This document shows, piece after piece, positions 22,584 to 31,793 of a stretch of 64,000 bases of DNA (positions are counted from its first letter, which is position 1; each line of letters begins with the position of its first letter). The DNA lies in NCBI GenBank assembly GCA_965541615.1, contig CBEUCJ010000002.1, positions 159,795 through 223,794 of the forward strand, in the 5' to 3' direction. This DNA is from an uncultured bacterium (GTDB taxonomy: Bacteria; Omnitrophota; Gorgyraeia; Duberdicusellales; CBEUCJ01). The position numbers and the translations under genes were made by a program. Under the pieces are notes generated by a model. It had not been told where the DNA came from. It saw only the letters and a program-made list of their open reading frames with translations, and ran no database searches.

Positions 22584-22602
22584 TTGGAAGGCTTAGAAGT
22601 TC
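22576..22602 (-). promoter_or_regulatory. autoregulatory ECF promoter of the sigma gene
   Basis: - strand GAAC-17 nt-GTCTAA; its -10 overlaps the ORF-track GTG start. Confidence 0.72.
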
Positions 22603-22610
22603 TTGAAAAA

Positions 22611-23342
22611 TTAAAATTTATAACAGATTCCTACTTGTGTAAAAAAGCCATCTACATCTATATCTATTAAATTATCGTCATCTTCATAATCTATATCTGT
22701 GCCTTTGTATGCTAACGTTACTCTTAAATATTTTAAAGGTTTTAAGATAACACCTCCTATATATTCTATATAACTTGCATCAGAATACCCTATTCCATTA
22801 ACTTGAGAAAATAATGCAAGGTATTTAAAATCTGCTTGAGCTTTTAATCCTATCGTTGGAAGAGGCAAACTCTCTGAATAACTTTCATCATTTCCTCCAC
22901 CTTTTATGTTTATTTTGGCATCATATAAAGATACTTTAAAAAGGGGTGATATTTTTATAGCATATAATTTCAAGAGATCATAATAATATAAAAATTCATA
23001 AAGAGAGTATTCTAATTTACTTTCTACATAAGTGTTAATGGCATATGTTTTATTTCTAAAGGTTATCTGTCTTGATAGAGTATTTGCACCTTTAAATTCA
23101 AAATCAGAAAAATTAAATAAAAAATGGTGTTTACCTAAACCTATTTTTAAAAATCCTCCTTCTACATTATCATCTTTTAAACCCAGATCATCTTTCACAT
23201 TAATTTTTATTCCTTCAGATTTTACCTTTCCATCTAAGCTAGCATCAAAATAATTAAATCCTCCTGCTATCTCTACACCACAGTAAGCTTTGGCTAATAA
23301 GAACAAAAATGCAATGCTAATAATTAAACTTTTTCTTAACAT
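22611..23342 (-). CDS. outer-membrane beta-barrel protein (TIGR04219-like)
   Basis: Signal peptide, alternating beta-strand pattern, terminal YKF. Confidence 0.75.
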   Translation of the reverse strand: MLRKSLIISIAFLFLLAKAYCGVEIAGGFNYFDASLDGKVKSEGIKINVKDDLGLKDDNVEGGFLKIGLGKHHFLFNFSDFEFKGANTLSRQITFRNKTYAINTYVESKLEYSLYEFLYYYDLLKLYAIKISPLFKVSLYDAKINIKGGGNDESYSESLPLPTIGLKAQADFKYLALFSQVNGIGYSDASYIEYIGGVILKPLKYLRVTLAYKGTDIDYEDDDNLIDIDVDGFFTQVGICYKF

Positions 23343-23848
23343 CTTTTACCTCCCCTTTTTAAGATTAACCTCTTTAAACTTTTCCTTTTTCCTTCCTTAG
23401 GTAACTTCAAAGGCTTTCCCAGAGCAATTACTGCTTCTAATACCAGATTTTTAGAAAGGTTTAAGACTTTATTAATCTCTTCTCTTTTATTTAAAATCTC
23501 TCCTAACCAGCAAGCACCTAATCTTTTAGAATGAATATACAAAAGCATATTCTGAATGCACGCTCCTATTGCCATCAAATCTTTTTCATAATGATAAGAA
23601 GCTTCTTTATCTAAAAATACTAAAATGAGTTTGTCTGCTCCTTTAATGATATAAGAATACTTTGTGTATTTGGCTAAGTTATCTTTCTCTTTTCCTTCCA
23701 AAACCATAAATCTCCAAGGCTGATTGTTTAAACCTGAAGGTGCCCATCTACCTGCTTCTAATATTTCTTCTACTATTTCAAAAGGGATTTTTTCTTTCTT
23801 AAATTTCCTCGCTGACCTTCTTGTTCTTATCAAATCTAAGATTTCCAT
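23336..23848 (-). CDS. nitroreductase family protein
   Basis: RRSARKF, WAPSGLNNQPWRF, IQNMLL...LGACWLG. Confidence 0.93.
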   Translation of the reverse strand: MEILDLIRTRRSARKFKKEKIPFEIVEEILEAGRWAPSGLNNQPWRFMVLEGKEKDNLAKYTKYSYIIKGADKLILVFLDKEASYHYEKDLMAIGACIQNMLLYIHSKRLGACWLGEILNKREEINKVLNLSKNLVLEAVIALGKPLKLPKEGKRKSLKRLILKRGGKRC

Positions 23849-23860
23849 AAAATTTAACCT

Positions 23861-24274
23861 TTAAATACCTTCTGGATGCTCTGGCAAAATCTCTTTATCT
23901 CTTAAAAGGACTAAAATCGCTGAATGAGGTACAACTACATATTTTTTGCCTTCAAAATTAATCTCTACTGCTTGTTTTTTCAAAAAAATGCATTTATCAC
24001 CTTCTTTTGCCTGTAAAGGAAAATATCTCTTTTCTACTTTAGAAGTCTGCCAAGGTTCAGAATCTAAGACTGAAGGGTCAGGAATTAAGTAACCAGGTCC
24101 TGTTTTTATTACAGTCCCTACTTGAACTTCTTCTTTTTCTTTTGCTCCTTGAGGAAGGTATAAACCAGTTTCAGTTTGTGAACTTTCTTCTTCAGGCAGG
24201 ATTAAAACTTTATCTCCTACTAAGATTATTTCTTTTTTTATTTTTTTGTTTAGTGCATCTGAAAGTTCATTCAT
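23861..24274 (-). CDS. stand-alone GroES-family co-chaperone paralog
   Basis: VGDKVLILP, TETGLYLPQG, GTVIKTGPG, YVVVPHSAILVL. Confidence 0.88.
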   Translation of the reverse strand: MNELSDALNKKIKKEIILVGDKVLILPEEESSQTETGLYLPQGAKEKEEVQVGTVIKTGPGYLIPDPSVLDSEPWQTSKVEKRYFPLQAKEGDKCIFLKKQAVEINFEGKKYVVVPHSAILVLLRDKEILPEHPEGI

Positions 24275-24327
24275 ATTTTTACTTTAACAAAATTCTATAC
24301 TTTTTCAAGTTTTAAAGAAATTCTATC

Positions 24328-26631
24328 TTATAAAAAATGCTTTTCTTTCAAAGCCTCTATAAACAAGTCTACGAGCATCGGATTGAATTGAGTTCCTTTG
24401 CTTTTCTCTAATTCTTTAACAGCTTCTTTTATAGTATAAGCCTTCTTGTAATCTCTTCCTGTAACCATTGCATCAAAAGCATCTGCTATACTGATAATTT
24501 GAGCACCTAAAGGGATCATATCACCTGCTAATCCGTAAGGGTAACCTGTTCCATCGAATCTTTCATGGTGATATAAGATGTAAGGAATTATGTCTTTGAA
24601 TTCTTTTACATGTTCTAAAATTTTTGCACCTATGATTTCATGTTGTTTAATTATATTAAATTCTTCAGGTGTTAATTTTCCTTTTTTATGAAGAATAGTG
24701 TCAGGTATTCCAATCTTTCCTAAGTCATGTAATAGAGCTGCTTTTTTTATTTTTTCTATTTCTTCTGGAGGTAGTTGTAATTTTTCAGCTAACATTACTG
24801 CATATTCACAAACTCTTTGAGTATGACCTTGAGTATAAGGGTCTTTGGCTTCTAAAGATTTAATAAGAGAAGTTATCAATTCAAAATAAGCTTCTTTTAC
24901 TTTCCTTTGTTCATTTTTTAACTCTTCTACCAATTTCATAAGTTCTCTGTTTTTCTCTTCAATATCTTTGTCTAAAAATTCTAACATATCTCGAAATTCA
25001 ACTTCTTTCTTCAAAGCTGAAGGGATTGAATGAGGATCTATTTTAACTACCTTTTCTTCTGTTTCTTTTAACTTCATAGAAACAAAAGTTATTAAATCTT
25101 TAATAGGGATCTTTTTGCTAAATAAACATAACCCAATTTTTAACTGACTTTTTACATTTTGCTCTTGTAAGAATTTTTCTATTTCAAATTTTAATCTATC
25201 TATTAAAAAATTTATATTTTTAGAATTTGTTTTTATAAGACCTACTAAGATTTCTTCTCCATAAAGGCTCCATATTTTTGATTGAGTATATAAGATAGAT
25301 TTCATCCCTCTCCAGAAATCTTTAACAAAATTATATTCTTTTTCTTTCAAAAAAGAATTTAGAGATGAAATGTAAATTAAAATTATATAACAACGCTGTA
25401 GATGAGAAAAAGAAGTTTCAATATCTGTACGATAATAAAAATATCTTAAAACATAAAATCCTGTGAGAGGATCTATAACAGACTTATTTTTTATCTTAAC
25501 TAAAAGTTTTAAAAATGATACATACTTATAAACATTGCCTAACCCCAAATAACTGATCATCAAAAACGCAAGGTTTCCAAAAGAAAGAAGATAGTTTTTA
25601 GAATATAAAAATACACTCAGCCAAAATAGGAGTAGAAGTGCTCCTGTACATAAGATTACATTCCTCAAAAAAGAAAAATGGTATATTATTTGTCCTGAAA
25701 TTATTACTAAAATAAAAGCTATTATTAAATTTACTAAAAAGGGTAAAGTTTTTAATATTTCCTGATTAAGAATATTTAAAACTGTATTTATATGGATTAA
25801 AACCCCGGGTAATCTTCCTATAGGTGTAAAATGAAAATCATGGATTATTTCAGAAGTAGGCCCAACAAATACCAGTGCATTTTTAAAAATGTCTTTTTTA
25901 AACTCCCCCTTTAATACATCATAAAAAGGAATAACCTTTATATCTTTTAATTTTACTTTATATTTTATGGGAAAAGTAGCCTTCAAAGTGAGTGGAATTT
26001 GAGTTTTATCTATTTGAATTTTTCTTTCATATCTTTTTATTTCTTTAATAAAAGGATAGAGTTTGGCTACTTTTATAGCAAAAGAGTAGTCAAAAAAGTC
26101 ACCAAACTCTAAATAAGCTCTTGAAAATCTTATCTTATTATCTTTATCTGCAGGGGTATTTAAAAATCCTATTGCTTGAGAATTTTTTATAAATTCTTCT
26201 TGAGGTAAAACAGGTTTTCCTTTTTTGTCTATAAAATAAGATAAGATTACTTTTCCTTTGAATCTCTTTAAAGAATTAGAGAATTGAACATCTTCAGAGG
26301 CTATATTTGATTTTCCTGAAAAGACTATATCAAACGCTACAGTGTTAGCTTGATATAAATTAAGAATATTTAAAAGTTGAGCATAAACTGATCTTTTCCA
26401 CGGCCATTTTGAATGGATGTTTCTTAAAGAGTAATCATCGATCGAAATTAAGATAATTTTATCAAAAAGAGGCTGCTCTTTATGAGTATGAGAAAGGTAA
26501 TAATGAAAAGAAGGTATAATATCAGAAAGTTTAAGAACTGGAATTTGAATAAAATCTAAATTTAAAAAAGTTATCCCTACACAGAAAAAACCTATTATCC
26601 AAACTATTAACAGCTTCTTATTAATCAACAT
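24328..26631 (-). CDS. CHASE2 sensor + 3TM + degenerate GGDEF-like + HD-GYP phosphodiesterase
   Basis: WPWKRS and PGVLIH (CHASE2); DPLTGFY; HDLGKIG and HHERFDGTGYP. Confidence 0.9.
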   Translation of the reverse strand: MLINKKLLIVWIIGFFCVGITFLNLDFIQIPVLKLSDIIPSFHYYLSHTHKEQPLFDKIILISIDDYSLRNIHSKWPWKRSVYAQLLNILNLYQANTVAFDIVFSGKSNIASEDVQFSNSLKRFKGKVILSYFIDKKGKPVLPQEEFIKNSQAIGFLNTPADKDNKIRFSRAYLEFGDFFDYSFAIKVAKLYPFIKEIKRYERKIQIDKTQIPLTLKATFPIKYKVKLKDIKVIPFYDVLKGEFKKDIFKNALVFVGPTSEIIHDFHFTPIGRLPGVLIHINTVLNILNQEILKTLPFLVNLIIAFILVIISGQIIYHFSFLRNVILCTGALLLLFWLSVFLYSKNYLLSFGNLAFLMISYLGLGNVYKYVSFLKLLVKIKNKSVIDPLTGFYVLRYFYYRTDIETSFSHLQRCYIILIYISSLNSFLKEKEYNFVKDFWRGMKSILYTQSKIWSLYGEEILVGLIKTNSKNINFLIDRLKFEIEKFLQEQNVKSQLKIGLCLFSKKIPIKDLITFVSMKLKETEEKVVKIDPHSIPSALKKEVEFRDMLEFLDKDIEEKNRELMKLVEELKNEQRKVKEAYFELITSLIKSLEAKDPYTQGHTQRVCEYAVMLAEKLQLPPEEIEKIKKAALLHDLGKIGIPDTILHKKGKLTPEEFNIIKQHEIIGAKILEHVKEFKDIIPYILYHHERFDGTGYPYGLAGDMIPLGAQIISIADAFDAMVTGRDYKKAYTIKEAVKELEKSKGTQFNPMLVDLFIEALKEKHFL

Positions 26632-26695
26632 TTAAAAATTTTATAATATTTTCTTTTAGAAAAAAAGATTATTTTTTAAAATTTTAAAAAATTAC

Positions 26696-27499
26696 TTAGT
26701 GAGAGTGCATATAATGATGGAGAGAATCATCATGGTCGTTATCATGGTCATTATCATAGTCATCATCTAAATGTTTTTTATCAGGATGTGAAGTAGGAGT
26801 TTTTATATGTTTTTTTGTGTGAGGATAAGGAAGATAGCTTTTAGTTTTAGATTTTTTAACAGGATACCCAGATGGTTTTTTAGAAAGTTTTTTTGTATTA
26901 CTAACTTCCTTTCCTTTATTTATGCAATTTGCAAAATTCCTTTTGAAAAAGAGAGTATAACTTTTGTGTCTCTTAGCCAAATCACTTAAAGAAGAAAAAC
27001 ATTCAGAATCACAGTCTCCTATTATTATATAATCATCAGGTAAATTTTTGTATTCTTCATAACTTATGTTTCTTATATTACAATTTATACCATAGGAAAA
27101 TCCAGAAGGATAAGGTGTAGGGTCTGCAGGACAAGTAAGAGTTTTCATATCTCCTAAATATCTCCTAATCCAACTTTCAGTTGCATAAGCTAAACCTCTA
27201 TTGCTCAAATCTACAATAAAATAAGCTAACTTAATTTTCCACTTTCCTTCTTTTTTTAAAATCTGCGCCCATGCTTTGCGTAAATCTTTTGATCTTAATT
27301 CTCCTAAGGATCCTGGCAATTGATCATTTTCTATAGCATAACTTTCTAAAGCTGTGGCTAATACTTTTAAATTTGTTTCACATACTTTAGCTTTTGCTTT
27401 TTCTACTGCGTTATGATATAAAGGAATAGCAATTGTGGCAATTATTCCTATTACTATTATTACGATCATCAATTCTATTAAAGTAAAACTCTTCCTCAT
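26696..27499 (-). CDS. type IV pilin/pseudopilin-like protein with His/Asp-rich tail
   Basis: MRKS/FTLIELMIVIIVIGIIATIAIP prepilin motif; C-terminal HLDDDYDNDHDNDHDDSLHHYMHSH. Confidence 0.85.
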   Translation of the reverse strand: MRKSFTLIELMIVIIVIGIIATIAIPLYHNAVEKAKAKVCETNLKVLATALESYAIENDQLPGSLGELRSKDLRKAWAQILKKEGKWKIKLAYFIVDLSNRGLAYATESWIRRYLGDMKTLTCPADPTPYPSGFSYGINCNIRNISYEEYKNLPDDYIIIGDCDSECFSSLSDLAKRHKSYTLFFKRNFANCINKGKEVSNTKKLSKKPSGYPVKKSKTKSYLPYPHTKKHIKTPTSHPDKKHLDDDYDNDHDNDHDDSLHHYMHSH

Positions 27500-27546
27500 C
27501 TCCTATTTCAATATATCACAAAACTTTTTCATCTTCAATTCTCAAT

Positions 27547-28104
27547 TTAAATTTTTAAAAGTTTTTTATGATAGGGACATAATTGATAAGATTTCTTGTC
27601 TGTATCTAACAAACTATTTGAAAAATACATTACACATTTGGGGTTAGAACAATGTTTTAATCCATAGAGGTGACCTATTTCATGGACAGCTTCTTTTAAA
27701 GCTCTGATTTTTAATAAATTTTCATCTTCAGGAAGACCGTAAAAACTCTGTCTTAATCTACATAAAGAGATTATAGCTACACCTCTTCCAACGAAAGCCT
27801 CTCCAAATATAAAATTTAATCCTTCTGTATACAAATCCAAATCACATATTAACAAAACTTTAGAGTAATCTTTGGGTTTAGAGACCAAATAATTCTTTAA
27901 GATTAAATCTGCATTGTATTGACCTCTTTTAAAATTAAATGCGTATTGGGGAATCTCCAAAAACTTTTGAGAAACTTCTACTTTTGCTTCAAAAATCTCT
28001 TCTAATTTTTCTTTTAAAAAACTGAGTATTTTTGGAGCTATTTTATCTATAGGTTGCAACAAAATTTTTTCTTTTGCACAAGCCATAGGACTAAATAAAA
28101 ACAA
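27547..28104 (-). CDS. archaemetzincin (M54) zinc metalloprotease
   Basis: HEIGHLYGLKHCSNPKCVMYFSNS...DKKS...LC, LNFIFGEA. Confidence 0.92.
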   Translation of the reverse strand: MFLFSPMACAKEKILLQPIDKIAPKILSFLKEKLEEIFEAKVEVSQKFLEIPQYAFNFKRGQYNADLILKNYLVSKPKDYSKVLLICDLDLYTEGLNFIFGEAFVGRGVAIISLCRLRQSFYGLPEDENLLKIRALKEAVHEIGHLYGLKHCSNPKCVMYFSNSLLDTDKKSYQLCPYHKKLLKI

Positions 28105-28186
28105 TTTAAATAGAAAAAGTAAAATTTCCTTTCTTTATTAAATCTTTTTTCCTCAAAGGATACAATAAAAATGAATTAAAAAACAT

Positions 28187-28363
28187 TTACTTTTTCCTTT
28201 TAAAAAACCTTAACTCGTGTTCTTTAGGATATATCCAAAAATAAATACCAAATATCTTTAAAATACGCCAGTCTTCGAATTTAGATTTATAATACCAAGG
28301 TTTAGAAAAAAGATTAAATTTTGATTCCAACCCTTTAGATATATGATACAATTTTATCTTCAT
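28187..28363 (-). CDS. 58-aa hypothetical protein
   Basis: MKIKLYHISKGLESKFNLFSKPWYYKSKFEDWRILKIFGIYFWIYPKEHELRFFKRKK; ATG overlaps the TGA of the upstream glycosyltransferase relic. Confidence 0.4.
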   Translation of the reverse strand: MKIKLYHISKGLESKFNLFSKPWYYKSKFEDWRILKIFGIYFWIYPKEHELRFFKRKK

Positions 28364-28715
28364 TCTAATTTAAATCCCATAATTTCAAACATTTTTATTA
28401 ATCTGTGTCGGTAAGTATGATTATTTTTTACATATTCAAACCCTTTTTTGGCTATCTTTTCTCTATCTTCTTGTAAGATTTAGGTAAATGAGTGTCAGCT
28501 ACCCACCAGGCAGATGGGTGTAAATTATGAGGAATATCTAAAGTATAATCTCCATCATCTATCCTAAAATACAAATCAAAACCTCCTTTTACCTTCTGAA
28601 TTTCATTTAAATCAAATTGGGCGATCTCTAAATTTTTATAATTTTCTAAAATCTTTTGACAACGCTCCCCTAAACCTGTCCGTTGATTTCTATTGTAAAT
28701 TAAGGCTACTTTCAT
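28360..28715 (-). pseudogene. CgeB-like glycosyltransferase relic with large internal deletion
   Basis: N-terminus (...FRIDDG...AWWVADTHL) joined out of frame to EDREKIAKKGFEYVKNNHTYRHRLIKMF*, the typical Glyco_trans_1_2 C-terminus. Confidence 0.72.
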
Positions 28716-28759
28716 TTGAGATTTAAATTAATGTTTTTAATGTGAAAATGACTAAAACA

Positions 28760-29716
28760 TTACTTAAAATTCTTGTGTAAAAAGTCAGAAATTTCTTGAG
28801 CATCTTTTTCTATTCCAAGTGATTTAAATAAATTAAAAGCTTTAATTAAATAATCTTTTCCAAGAGCTTTATCTCCCTGGTCTATATACAGCAACCCAAT
28901 GTATTCATAGGCACTAGCTTCCCAAAATTTATCTCCTATATTTTGAATTTTTCTTAATCCTTCAAAAAGATACTTTTCACTTAGAGCGTAATCTTTAATT
29001 TCTCTATAAAATTCACCTAAACTGATTATATTTTTGGCTAAAAGATGGTGATTGCCACAACTTTTAGCAGTCTCTATAGCCTTCTTAAAGTAATCCAAAG
29101 CTTTTTCATAATCTTTTTTATTTTTATAAACTAATGCCATTCCTGAATATACATTTGCTCTTTCTTCTTCTGTTTTTGCAAGTTTGAGAGCTTTTTCATA
29201 ATAATCTAAAGCTTTTTTAAAATCTTTCCTTTCAGCATGAACTAAAGCTATGTTGCCTAAAATAAGAGTCTTTAATTGAAGATCGTTCTGTTTTTCTGTA
29301 AGATTTAGAGCTTTATTGTAATAAAAAATAGCTTTATCTAAATCTCTTTCTTGGAAATAAACCATCCCTATTGAATTGTAAATTACCCCCAGATAAAATT
29401 CTGGATTATTTGAGTAAAGACTTAAATCTTCAGCTATTTTAAACTCTTCCAATGCTAAATCAAACATTCCTATATTATAGTAACTCATCCCCAAACATAC
29501 ATGAGCAAAAAGACTTCCAGGATACAGAGCGATTGCTTTTTTACCTGATTCTATTGCTTCATAATACCTTCTTGAATTAAGAAAATAAACACATTTTTCT
29601 GTATATTTCATACATAACTGAATGAACTTTGTAATCTTGCTTTGAGTTTGTAAAGTAGGTATGAAGATTAAGATAAAGAAAAGCAAAAATTTATAGCAAT
29701 TTTTAATTCTAAACAT
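28760..29716 (-). CDS. tetratricopeptide repeat protein (exported/membrane-anchored)
   Basis: Repeated xxKALDYYEKAL-type TPR units; hydrophobic N-terminus. Confidence 0.9.
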   Translation of the reverse strand: MFRIKNCYKFLLFFILIFIPTLQTQSKITKFIQLCMKYTEKCVYFLNSRRYYEAIESGKKAIALYPGSLFAHVCLGMSYYNIGMFDLALEEFKIAEDLSLYSNNPEFYLGVIYNSIGMVYFQERDLDKAIFYYNKALNLTEKQNDLQLKTLILGNIALVHAERKDFKKALDYYEKALKLAKTEEERANVYSGMALVYKNKKDYEKALDYFKKAIETAKSCGNHHLLAKNIISLGEFYREIKDYALSEKYLFEGLRKIQNIGDKFWEASAYEYIGLLYIDQGDKALGKDYLIKAFNLFKSLGIEKDAQEISDFLHKNFK

Positions 29717-29750
29717 CTCCCCATTATTCTATGGCATAAAATCTGATTGG

Positions 29751-30533
29751 TTATTTAATCTCAATTATTCTTCCTACTCCATACTCAATAAAATTTTCTT
29801 TATATTCCTTTCTGAAAGCTTCTCTCACTAAATCACCTGTGCAATGGGAAGGAGCAACTTTTTCAACTTTTAATTTTCTAAATTCTTTAACACAAGATAT
29901 CGGAGGATAATGAAATCCTCCTACAACTAAGTATACTTTATCTTTTTTCATCAATTCTTTGGCTTTTTTTACAATATTTACAATTCCAGGATGAGCGCAA
30001 CCTGTAATGACTATCAATCCTTTTTTTGAATCAATAATTAAAGATTGCTCTACTGGAGGACCTAGAAGCTCTCCAGTTGTATAAATAAAATCAGAGATTT
30101 TTCTTGGAATTGAAACTTCTATAAGTTCTGCTCCTTTTTGAACTATCATATTTTTTACAGACTGGGGAAATGATTTAGGAACAAAAACTGTAACATTATT
30201 ATTTTTCTCTAAAAAACCTTCTAATCCTCCTATGTGATCTGCATGAATATGAGAGATAACTACTTTTTTAATTGAAGAAGGCTTAATATTTAATTTTTCC
30301 ATATTAAAGAGCAGAATCTTTGAGTTTCCTCCTGTATCAAAAAGTATTGATTCATAAGGAGTCTTTATTACTGTAGCAAAACCCCAGGCAGGTTTAAGCT
30401 TTTTATCTACTTGATAGTTATCATATACAGAGATTAAAGTTATTTTTGGTTTTTCTTTCTCAGCCTGAGCTAAAAACCAAAATCCTCCTACTAAAATTAA
30501 GATTCCTATTAAATTCAAAATTCTCAACTTCAT
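29751..30533 (-). CDS. MBL-fold metallo-hydrolase
   Basis: LFDTG, SHIHADHIGG, TGCAHPG, GGFH, PSHCTG. Confidence 0.92.
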   Translation of the reverse strand: MKLRILNLIGILILVGGFWFLAQAEKEKPKITLISVYDNYQVDKKLKPAWGFATVIKTPYESILFDTGGNSKILLFNMEKLNIKPSSIKKVVISHIHADHIGGLEGFLEKNNNVTVFVPKSFPQSVKNMIVQKGAELIEVSIPRKISDFIYTTGELLGPPVEQSLIIDSKKGLIVITGCAHPGIVNIVKKAKELMKKDKVYLVVGGFHYPPISCVKEFRKLKVEKVAPSHCTGDLVREAFRKEYKENFIEYGVGRIIEIK

Positions 30534-30692
30534 CCCATTTCAATCTCAACATTTAATTTTACCATATATATTTAACCAAAACTAAAATTTTAATTTCTTA
30601 TAGAACACAATGGTAATTTACAAACGAAGTTATCTGGCTGTTACAGAAAAGGAAATTATAAAAATATAAGATTCGTCCATCTTTTGGTATTT

Positions 30693-31109
30693 TTACTTTG
30701 TGTTCTCTATATAATAAGCTAAATCCTTTCCTCTATTTTCATAATAATTCAAAACTTTAAGCATATTTTGAATTGCACCTTCCACAAATTTTTTAGCTAA
30801 TTTAAGTCTCTCAGATTCATTTAAATACTTTTCTGCCTGCTTTAAAATCATAAAACCAGAGTTAAAATGCTCTCGGGGATAAAAAGAACCTGCATAATAC
30901 CCGTAATGATTATAAAAATGCAAGATAATCTCTTTCTGAGATAAAAATTCTAAGAGTTTTTTATTAATGGTTACTTCTCCAAAAATATAAATTTCTTGAA
31001 TGTTTTCTACAGGGATGTATTTTCTTTTATTATTTTGTGCTTCAAAAAAGATAGTGTTTTGTTTTCTTTGAATCTTTCCATTTGAAAAAACAAAAATAGA
31101 CCTTTTCAT
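30693..31109 (-). pseudogene. cas1: truncated type I-B Cas1 (N-terminal 138 aa only)
   Basis: YIPVENIQEIYIFGEV...HFYNHYGYYAGSFYPRE is the I-B Cas1 N-terminus; the catalytic C-terminal domain is absent. Confidence 0.88.
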
Positions 31110-31114
31110 TAACT

Positions 31115-31498
31115 TTAAATAATTTCCCTAAGACTATAAACCTTTACAATCCTTTTAGATTTCTCTTTTAACAACCTATCCTCTGTAATTAAAGGCATTT
31201 TTAATTTTTTTGCTAAAGCTAAATAGGAAGCATCATAAAAATTTATTTTTAATTTAACAGCTATCTCCAAAACCTCTTTTATCTCAGGAGTCAACAGATT
31301 CATTTTATTTAATATCCTTTGTAAAAAATCAGCTAAGAATAATGCTTCTTCTAAGCTATAAATTTTTTCTAAAACTACTTTCTTCCACAAAACATTTCCT
31401 ATTTCATACTTCACAAGTTCTACAGAAAACTTATTTTTTAAAATTTCAAACTTTTCTTTAGAAACAGCAAGCCAAATACTACTTGCATCAAATATCAT
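31115..31498 (-). CDS. vapC: VapC-type PIN domain toxin
   Basis: IFDASS, YEIGNVLW, FYDASYLALA, LITEDR. Confidence 0.9.
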   Translation of the reverse strand: MIFDASSIWLAVSKEKFEILKNKFSVELVKYEIGNVLWKKVVLEKIYSLEEALFLADFLQRILNKMNLLTPEIKEVLEIAVKLKINFYDASYLALAKKLKMPLITEDRLLKEKSKRIVKVYSLREII

Positions 31499-31743
31499 CT
31501 TTCCCTATCTTTCCTAATAGAATCCACTATCTCTTCCACAGAAATTCTTTGTAATAATTCTAAAGCTTTTTTAGCAGAATCTTTCTTTTCTTTTTTTCTG
31601 TTTCTGGGCAGATACTCAGAAATTTTTTTATCTATTAACTCTAACAAAATCTGTCTTAAGTTTTTCTTCTCTTTAAGAGCTATCATCTTTAAAGCGAGCA
31701 TCTTTTCATCATCTAATCTTAAAGTATAAGCTTTCATAAACAT
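31495..31743 (-). CDS. ribbon-helix-helix type antitoxin (VapB-like)
   Basis: KAYTLRLDD N-terminal strand; ATGA-coupled to vapC; C-terminal IRKDRER. Confidence 0.8.
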   Translation of the reverse strand: MFMKAYTLRLDDEKMLALKMIALKEKKNLRQILLELIDKKISEYLPRNRKKEKKDSAKKALELLQRISVEEIVDSIRKDRER

Positions 31744-31759
31744 TCACCTCCCTAGCTTT

Positions 31760-31788
31760 AAAATAACATTTTGACATCAAAATGTCAA
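31760..31788 (-). promoter_or_regulatory. vapBC promoter with overlapping inverted-repeat operators
   Basis: - strand TTGACA-17-TATTTT with extended TG; inverted repeats TTGACAT-4-ATGTCAA and ACATTTTGA-2-TCAAAATGT. Confidence 0.75.
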
Positions 31789-31793
31789 GATGT

